Shown: piece by piece, positions 60,449 through 64,000 of the stretch
How positions within the stretch are numbered: the stretch's first letter is position 1
Layout of the letters: each line of letters starts with the position of its first letter
DNA from: Bacilli bacterium
Lineage (GTDB): Bacteria > Bacillota_I > Bacilli_A > RF39 > UBA660
Assembly (NCBI GenBank): GCA_900769635.1
Contig: CAAGHJ010000016.1
Span: forward strand, 7,488-71,487
Direction: 5' to 3'
Length of the DNA stretch: 64,000 nt
The notes under the pieces: model-generated
Databases searched by the model: none
The model's input: only the letters and a program-made list of their open reading frames with translations
Told to the model about the DNA's origin: nothing
Made by a program: the position numbers and the translations under genes

Positions 60449-62494
60449 TTATCTCCTCCTCGTCGTTTTCATAATAAATTTATCAAACACAATCAGTAGG
60501 GCAGGAAGTATAAGCGTAACAACAAGCATACTAATAATAGCCCCCCTACTAAGTAGGTTACAAATCGAACCAATCATATCAATCTTTGTATATAAGTAAA
60601 CACTAATAGTAGCACCAAAGAAACACAAAGCACTAGTAACAATAGACGGAACAGAACTCCTCAAAGTATTCCTAATACTAACCATCTTATCATTCTTATC
60701 ACGTTCCTCCAAATACTTAGTAGACATCAAAATAGCATAATCAATCGTTGCACCAAGCTGTATCGTACCCACCACAATCGATGCAATAAATGGAAGAGCC
60801 GTCCCCGTATAATACGAAATAGCCATATTAGTAAATATTGCAAATTCAATAGCACAAATAAGAATAATCGGTAGCCCAATAGATTTAAGAACAAATACCA
60901 TTACCACGAAAATAAATAAAATAGAAGTATAATTAACCATATTAAAATCATGATCAGCAATCGTAACCAAATCCCTCATCAAAGCCCCCTCACCAGCAAC
61001 AATCGCATCCCTATCATATTTGTGAACAATATTATTAACTTCCTCCACTTGATTATTAAGCTCGTCACTCGCAATCTCATAAGTAGAATTAATAATCATA
61101 AGCTGATACTTATCATTATCCAAAATTTTCCTAACATCACTAGGCAAAATAGCACTATATAAACCACTCTCCATAACCTCGGCCCCACTAGCTACCATAT
61201 CAATACCATCAACACTCTTAAGTTTAGTACTAAGTTCCTCTATATCACTACTCTTAACGCCCTTATCCAAAATAATAATCTCTGGCGAAACAATCCCAAA
61301 CTTATCCGCAAGCTCCTTATTCGCAACATTAAAATCGAGCGTCTCCGGAAGCGACTTATCAAGCTTGTAATAAACCTCGTAATTGCCATTTCCAATAAGA
61401 GCAGGCACCATTAGCACCACGAAGATAACCAAAATAAGTTTGTACCTCTTCACCACAAAGTCTTGCACCCTTTCAAATTTAGGCAAAAGTACCCTATGGG
61501 CAGTCTTATCAATAACCCCATCAAAAACAAGAAGCAAACTAGGAAATAAAGTAAGCGTACTAATAACCCCCCAAATAACACCCTTAGCCATAACAAGACC
61601 AATATCCGTTCCCAAAGTCAAATCCATCGCACATAAACTAAGAAAACCAATCACAGTTGTAAGTGAAGATCCAATAACACTAACAAAAGTCTCTTTAATA
61701 GCATTACTCATAGCCACTTTCTTATCCCGAGTCTTCTTTTTGTAAAACTCATACTTATGATACAAGAAAATAGAAAAATCAGTCGTAACTCCAAGCTGAA
61801 GAACTGCCGCTATTGCCTTTGTAATATAAGAAATATTCCCAAAAATAATATTACTACCCATATTGTACAAAATAGCAACCCCAATATTAGACAAAAGAAG
61901 TATCGGTATAAAATAAGAATCCGTACAAATAGTAAGAATAATCAAACAAAAGACAACAGCCAAAGCAATATAAACAACAATTTCCTTATTAGATAAATTC
62001 ATCGTATCAAGTACCATTGCACTCATACTACTAATATTACCATCCGTAATCTCTCGCATATCACTAAGAGCATTAAGAGTAACCTCATCACTACTACCAT
62101 TTTCAAACGTAACCAAAATCACACTAGTCCCATCCCTATAAAGCTTATCCTTAACCTCATCCGGAAGAACATCATAACTAATAGTAGTATCCAAAACATC
62201 ACTCATACTAAAAACTTTGTTAACACCATCTATATTCCTATATTTTTTTTCAAGCTCTAATGTATCATAATTACTCATATTATCTACCATAACAAAAGCA
62301 TATCCACCCAAACCAAAATCTTCACTAAGAATATCCTGCCCCTTCATCGTATCAATATCCTTAGGTAGATACACAAGAATGTCATAGTTAATCCTTGTAT
62401 TTATATAACCAATTAACATCGGCACCATACCAATCAAAGTAACAATAACAATAAGTAAACTATGATTAACAATAAATTCCCTTATCTTCTTCAT
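60449..62494 (-). CDS. MMPL-family (RND superfamily) transporter
   Basis: Twelve-TM two-fold repeat layout with two extracytoplasmic loops. 681 aa. RBS AAGGAGGG. Confidence 0.85.
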   Translation of the reverse strand: MKKIREFIVNHSLLIVIVTLIGMVPMLIGYINTRINYDILVYLPKDIDTMKGQDILSEDFGLGGYAFVMVDNMSNYDTLELEKKYRNIDGVNKVFSMSDVLDTTISYDVLPDEVKDKLYRDGTSVILVTFENGSSDEVTLNALSDMREITDGNISSMSAMVLDTMNLSNKEIVVYIALAVVFCLIILTICTDSYFIPILLLSNIGVAILYNMGSNIIFGNISYITKAIAAVLQLGVTTDFSIFLYHKYEFYKKKTRDKKVAMSNAIKETFVSVIGSSLTTVIGFLSLCAMDLTLGTDIGLVMAKGVIWGVISTLTLFPSLLLVFDGVIDKTAHRVLLPKFERVQDFVVKRYKLILVIFVVLMVPALIGNGNYEVYYKLDKSLPETLDFNVANKELADKFGIVSPEIIILDKGVKSSDIEELSTKLKSVDGIDMVASGAEVMESGLYSAILPSDVRKILDNDKYQLMIINSTYEIASDELNNQVEEVNNIVHKYDRDAIVAGEGALMRDLVTIADHDFNMVNYTSILFIFVVMVFVLKSIGLPIILICAIEFAIFTNMAISYYTGTALPFIASIVVGTIQLGATIDYAILMSTKYLEERDKNDKMVSIRNTLRSSVPSIVTSALCFFGATISVYLYTKIDMIGSICNLLSRGAIISMLVVTLILPALLIVFDKFIMKTTRRR

Positions 62495-62565
62495 ATTTTC
62501 CCTCCTTGCTTAAATATTCTATTCCAAAACCAACCAAAGTAGAAGACCAACTCCAAAAATATGTC

Positions 62566-62584
62566 GGATAATAGACACTTATCC
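62566..62584. promoter_or_regulatory. Inverted repeat in the TetR/MMPL divergent intergenic region (candidate operator)
   Basis: GGATAA-7 nt-TTATCC. A further TTATCC half-site lies at 62602-62607. Confidence 0.35.
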
Positions 62585-62679
62585 AATATATGTATTGCTA
62601 ATTATCCATATACTTGTTGTTTAAAAACAAAATGTTGACAAACAAACCAATTTATAATACAATGACCTTGGTGATAAAT

Positions 62680-63240
62680 ATGAATAATAAACAAGATTTA
62701 AGAGTAATAAAAACAAAAAGAAACCTCTACGGAAGCCTTCTTCTAAATATGAAAGATAAACCCTTTGAAGAAATAAAAGTAAGAGATATCTGCGAAAAAG
62801 CCCTTGTCAACCGATCAACATTCTATACCCATTTTGAAGACAAGTACGATCTTCTATATTCCCTAATACAAGATTTAAAAACATCCCTAATCGAAACCCT
62901 CGATAAAAACGAGCACAAAGCCAATACCAAAGAATACTATCTAAAACTAATCGAACTATTACTAACCCATATTGATGAAAATATAAAAGTCTATTCCGCC
63001 ATAATAAAAAATAACAAAAATAGCATCGTAATGGATATGATTACCGATACCATAGAAAACGATATTGCCAGCAACTTAACAGAAATAAAAAATACATCCA
63101 TACCCTCTGACTTCATTTCCAAATTCTATATAGGTGCCCTAATCAGTGTCGGTCTCGACTATTTAAGAAATCCCAAAAAACACTCCAAAAAAGAAGTTCT
63201 AAAATATTTAGAAGAATTACTACCAAGTGATATTTACTAA
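62680..63240 (+). CDS. TetR/AcrR-family transcriptional regulator
   Basis: IKTKRNLYGSLLLNMKDKPFEEIKVRDICEKALVNRSTFYTHFEDKYDL is a TetR-type HTH. The promoter TTGACA-17-TACAAT at 62635-62663 puts the start at ATG 62680 (RBS GGTGAT). Confidence 0.85.
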   Translation: MNNKQDLRVIKTKRNLYGSLLLNMKDKPFEEIKVRDICEKALVNRSTFYTHFEDKYDLLYSLIQDLKTSLIETLDKNEHKANTKEYYLKLIELLLTHIDENIKVYSAIIKNNKNSIVMDMITDTIENDIASNLTEIKNTSIPSDFISKFYIGALISVGLDYLRNPKKHSKKEVLKYLEELLPSDIY

Positions 63241-63292
63241 ATAAAAAAAATATGATATATTAAACTTATACAAATAGAAAAGGAGAAAAAAT

Positions 63293-64000
63293 ATGAAACA
63301 AAAAATGGTATTATGTATACTAGATGGCTGTGGTCTAAGAAAAGAAACAGACGGTAACGCCTTCAAAAACGCCTTCACACCAACCCTCGATTACTTAACA
63401 AACACCTATCCCCATACAAAACTAAATGCCAGTGGACCCTTTGTAGGTTTGCCAAATGGGCAAATGGGAACAAGCGAAGTAGGACATATGAATATCGGAG
63501 CCGGAAGAATAGCCCTCCAACCCTTAGAGGCCATAAATAAATCAGTTAAAAATAAAGAATTAGGCCAAAACAAAGAATTACTAAAACTAATAAACCACGT
63601 TAAAAAAAACAATTCAAATTTACACATAATGGGCCTTCTAAGTGATGGAGGTATCCACTCCCACATTAATCACTTATTAGCCATATTAGATATATGCAAA
63701 GAAAATAAAGTTCAAAATATCTATGTCGATGTTTTTACTGACGGCAGAGATACTTACGAAAAAAGTGCCCATACCTACCTATCAATATTAGAAAAGAAAC
63801 TAAACGAAGTAGGGGGCCAAATCGCAACTATAAGCGGTAGATATTATGCAATGGATAGAGATAACAACTATGATAGATTAAAATTAGCTTATGATGCAAT
63901 ATGTAGAGGTGTCGGTAAAGAATATGCAGATTTTCAAAAACTGTTAGAAACATCCTACAGAAATGGAAAAACTGATGAATTCATTGAACCAGCCCTTATC
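63293..64000 (+). CDS. gpmI: 2,3-bisphosphoglycerate-independent phosphoglycerate mutase, 5' part (runs off the right edge)
   Basis: My own translation from ATG 63293 (RBS AAAGGAG) gives MKQKMVLCILDGCGLR...GLPNGQMGTSEVGHMNIGAGR...LLSDGGIHSH. It is absent from the ORF track because no stop occurs within the window. Confidence 0.9.
   Translation, partial: MKQKMVLCILDGCGLRKETDGNAFKNAFTPTLDYLTNTYPHTKLNASGPFVGLPNGQMGTSEVGHMNIGAGRIALQPLEAINKSVKNKELGQNKELLKLINHVKKNNSNLHIMGLLSDGGIHSHINHLLAILDICKENKVQNIYVDVFTDGRDTYEKSAHTYLSILEKKLNEVGGQIATISGRYYAMDRDNNYDRLKLAYDAICRGVGKEYADFQKLLETSYRNGKTDEFIEPALI

Noticed and set aside
63406-63666. 86-aa minus-strand ORF near the right edge
   Set aside because: It lies antisense to the clearly identifiable 5' part of gpmI. 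gpmI is missing from the ORF track only because it runs off the window.

Overview
This is a very AT-rich chromosomal segment from an endospore-forming low-GC Firmicute. It is densely packed, mostly plus-strand, and largely housekeeping. All family assignments come from reading the translations by eye; no searches were run.

Recognisable core genes, in order:
- mreCD, tgt, rplS, lepB, relA, dtd, gltX
- a MacB-type ABC pair, mscL, uvrC, thiI, a P-type ATPase
- an amino-acid ABC transporter followed by an arginine deiminase operon (arcA, arcB, arcC)
- deoD, an M16 peptidase pair
- hrcA-grpE-dnaK-dnaJ
- an MMPL/TetR locus and the 5' part of gpmI

Five tRNA genes are present: Arg-TCT, Gln-CTG, Glu-CTC, Thr-CGT and Leu-GAG.

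Sporulation genes are scattered through the window:
- a sirA-like gene next to yneF
- a BclA-like collagen protein
- gerM, gerE and spoIIIAH
- an alpha/beta-type SASP with a forespore-type promoter
- a spoIIAA-like gene followed directly by a sigF-type sigma gene

I saw no rRNA, CRISPR array, transposase, integrase or prophage block, and no clear-cut defence island.

The observations most worth following up:
1. A spoIIAA-sigma pair with no spoIIAB between them, preceded by two perfect Spo0A boxes.
2. An amidoligase (PF12224-like) translationally coupled to a two-TM protein, just downstream of a tRNA cluster.
3. A remodelled dnaK operon, with tandem divergent CIRCE operators, a GrpE carrying a 14-cysteine CNCDEN repeat, and an extra ORF wedged between grpE and dnaK.
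4. An in-frame carbamate kinase / YfcC-ArcD transporter fusion with an internal Shine-Dalgarno.
5. An orphan spoIIIAH clustered with gerE and gerM.
6. A long GluRS gene sandwiched between tRNA-Gln(CUG) and tRNA-Glu(CUC).
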